Origin: an uncultured Gemmataceae bacterium
GTDB taxonomy: Bacteria; Planctomycetota; Planctomycetia; Gemmatales; Gemmataceae
Direction of reading: 5' to 3'
NCBI GenBank assembly: GCA_963750165.1
Contig: CAVVPN010000004.1
Coordinates: 1-64,000, forward strand
DNA: 64,000 nucleotides
In this document: piece after piece, positions 62,101 through 64,000 of the stretch
Layout: every line of letters starts with the position of its first letter
How positions within the stretch are numbered: the first letter of the stretch is position 1
Translations under genes and position numbers: made by a program
The notes under the pieces: model-generated
Databases searched by the model: none
What the model saw: only the letters and a program-made list of their open reading frames with translations
What the model was told of the DNA's origin: nothing

Positions 62101-62634
62101 ATGTCCACGCAGCCGCCGCAGTCGCCGCAGCCGGCGCCGAACACCTCCACCCGCCAGCTGCTCGACGAACTCGACGACCTCATGCAGCGCATGCTGGCAC
62201 TGCCCGTCCACCATCTGGACGATGAACCGGCGCCCTCCGAGGCCGCCGTCGTGCCGACCGTGGCGCCGCCGCCGCCCCTGAGCGCGCCCGTCATGCACGC
62301 CCTGCTGCCGGCGCCCCCCGAAAACGACCCGCCCGACCCGCCGGCTGACCCGCCTCCGCCGCGCCAGGAAGCACCGCCCGTGGCAGCGCCGCGTCTGCCG
62401 CGGGTCTACGCGCCGCGCGGCCGGCACGTGGGGCCACCGGTTCGGGCTGCGGTCCCCGCCTGGTTCCTGTGGCCGCTGATCTGGGGCAACCGTGCCTTCG
62501 ACCGCGGCACGGCCTGGTTCGGCGGCCCCGGCCGCTGGCTGCGCAGCCCCGCCGGCCGTACCCTGCTCGGCTGGGCCGGTCTGCTGCTGCTGGGTCTCGC
62601 CATCGCCTGGGGCATCCTCAAGTGGATCGGCTAA
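62101..62634 (+). CDS. Pro-rich membrane-anchored hypothetical protein
   Basis: GGAGG RBS; TRQLLDELDDLMQRMLALPV; C-terminal TM. Confidence 0.78.
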   Translation: MSTQPPQSPQPAPNTSTRQLLDELDDLMQRMLALPVHHLDDEPAPSEAAVVPTVAPPPPLSAPVMHALLPAPPENDPPDPPADPPPPRQEAPPVAAPRLPRVYAPRGRHVGPPVRAAVPAWFLWPLIWGNRAFDRGTAWFGGPGRWLRSPAGRTLLGWAGLLLLGLAIAWGILKWIG

Positions 62635-62733
62635 AGGTCCACTTCCCCCGATGGGCGGCCTTCTTTAGAATACCAGGATCGCGGACAACCGCGTCCGCAC
62701 CGCTGAGGTTGCCCCGGAGAACGGATCGTCACC

Positions 62734-63315
62734 ATGCCTGACGCCGCACCGCCCACCAACACCGCCCCCCGTTCGCTCAACCCCACCGCTGCGCTGCTGA
62801 GCTACCTGGTGCCGGGCCTGGGTCAGATTTCGCAGGGCCGCGTCGGCAAGGGCGTGCTGTTCCTGATCTGCCTGCTCGGGCTGTTCTTCTACGGCATGTA
62901 CCTGGGCAACTGGCGCAACGTCTACATCGAGGGCGTGCCGCCGCCGCCGCCGGGCAAGGTGGCACGGGTCAACCCCGTCGATGCGCTGGTGGCGAACGCT
63001 CGCTTCTTCGGCCAGTTCTGGATCGGCGTCGTCGCCTGGCCGGCCGTCATCCAGTACGCCACCGCCCCGGAAGGCGTCGTGCCGCCCCCCGAACACTCAC
63101 TGTTCGGCAAGTTCCAGAGCCGGCCGACCGAAACAGAACTGAACGACCTGCTGCGCAACACGGACAAGAGCCCCGATCTGGGCTGGACCTACACGGTCAT
63201 CGCCGGCGTCCTCAACATCCTGGTGATCTACGACGCCCTGGCCGGCCCCGCGTTCGGGGCCGCGGTCGCGCCCCGGCCGGCGCCGCCCGCCTCTCCCGAA
63301 AAAGTCGCCGTCTGA
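62734..63315 (+). CDS. DUF6677-like membrane protein
   Basis: AALLSYLVPGLGQISQGRVGKG...LFFYGMYLG...LGWTYTVIAGVLNILVIYDA. Confidence 0.78.
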   Translation: MPDAAPPTNTAPRSLNPTAALLSYLVPGLGQISQGRVGKGVLFLICLLGLFFYGMYLGNWRNVYIEGVPPPPPGKVARVNPVDALVANARFFGQFWIGVVAWPAVIQYATAPEGVVPPPEHSLFGKFQSRPTETELNDLLRNTDKSPDLGWTYTVIAGVLNILVIYDALAGPAFGAAVAPRPAPPASPEKVAV

Positions 63316-63326
63316 GGATTCGGCCC

Positions 63327-63611
63327 ATGAACCACATTTACTGGCAACTGCCGCCGCTGCTGGTCGTCATCAGCCTGGTGTACAGCGCCACCCGGCACGA
63401 CGACTGGCCCTCGATCTTCCGCGAGGCGTTCCGCTGGGGCTACCGCATGTTCGGCTTCCTGCTGCTCATCGGACTGTCGCTGTACGTCTTCGCGCGCTTC
63501 GGCTGGCTGGGGGCGATTGTGCTGGCCGGTGTGCTGCTGCTCATGCTGACGGGGAGCTACATTGGGGCCTGGCTGTGGGAGCGGCACAAGAGCCCCGCGG
63601 TGCCGCGATGA
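63327..63611 (+). CDS. Small membrane protein
   Basis: LLVVISLVYSATRHDDW; three hydrophobic segments. Confidence 0.75.
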   Translation: MNHIYWQLPPLLVVISLVYSATRHDDWPSIFREAFRWGYRMFGFLLLIGLSLYVFARFGWLGAIVLAGVLLLMLTGSYIGAWLWERHKSPAVPR

Positions 63612-64000
63612 CCGAGCCCGCGCCGCCCGCCGGCCGCTTCTGGCGGCGCATCTTTCAGCACACCGCCGAGCCTGTCTTCCTGCTCAACCGCAACCGCCGC
63701 CTCATCTTCGTCAACCGCGCCTGGGAGGAGCTGACCGGCCTGTCCTTCGCAGCGGTTCGCCGGCTGCCCCGGGACTGGCGCCGCCGCCCCGTTGCGCCCG
63801 GCTCGGCCGAGGCCGTCACCCTGGCGCTGCGGCCGCCGCCCGAGGTGCTCGCCGGCCAGGTCGTCCACGTCCGCCGCCTGTTCCCTGTGCCCGACGGCGC
63901 CCCGCACCGCTGGCGCGTCACCTTCATGCCCTTCCGCGACGCCGCCGGCACCGTCGGCGTGCTCGGCAAGATTCAGCCACTGCCGGCCACCGCCCCGGCT
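63608..64000 (+). CDS. PAS-domain protein, 5' part only (runs off the window)
   Basis: MTEPAPPAGRFWRRIFQHTAEPVFLLNRNRRLIFVNRAWEELTG; ATGA overlap with the previous gene. Confidence 0.75.
   Translation, partial: MTEPAPPAGRFWRRIFQHTAEPVFLLNRNRRLIFVNRAWEELTGLSFAAVRRLPRDWRRRPVAPGSAEAVTLALRPPPEVLAGQVVHVRRLFPVPDGAPHRWRVTFMPFRDAAGTVGVLGKIQPLPATAPA

Overview
High-GC bacterial chromosomal window. The gene content suggests Planctomycetota, probably Gemmataceae-like (inference from WD40, YCF48, DUF1080, GYF_2, Uma2 and HzsA-like proteins). It holds about 50 genes of mostly housekeeping and metabolic type: adk, hutH, hutU, nadB, an isolated fusA paralog, phhA, hppD, purF, mqnE, an XPB-like helicase operon, SulP and a hybrid kinase. 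There are also small toxin-antitoxin-like modules and gene remnants, and a partial tRNA(CAT) at the left edge. About a dozen otherwise intact genes carry 1-2 nt frameshifts, most likely long-read assembly errors. I found no CRISPR array, integrase, transposase or prophage. The most unusual signals are non-coding. (1) A GTAG/GTGG-footed REP doublet occurs three times, each time inside a short terminal-inverted-repeat shell of one of two types. One copy has TTAA on both sides and interrupts a membrane-protein ORF, which is restored exactly when the element is removed. (2) A dispersed element of exactly 100 bp occurs in three copies, with fixed spacing and codon-like variation. (3) A duplicated intergenic/translation-start spacer brackets a WD40 gene. 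Protein-level oddities are an animal-like aromatic amino acid hydroxylase next to an aromatic decarboxylase, a pseudo-FHA/coiled-coil/pseudokinase protein, an exported protein with a metallothionein-like segment, and an HzsA-like diheme protein.
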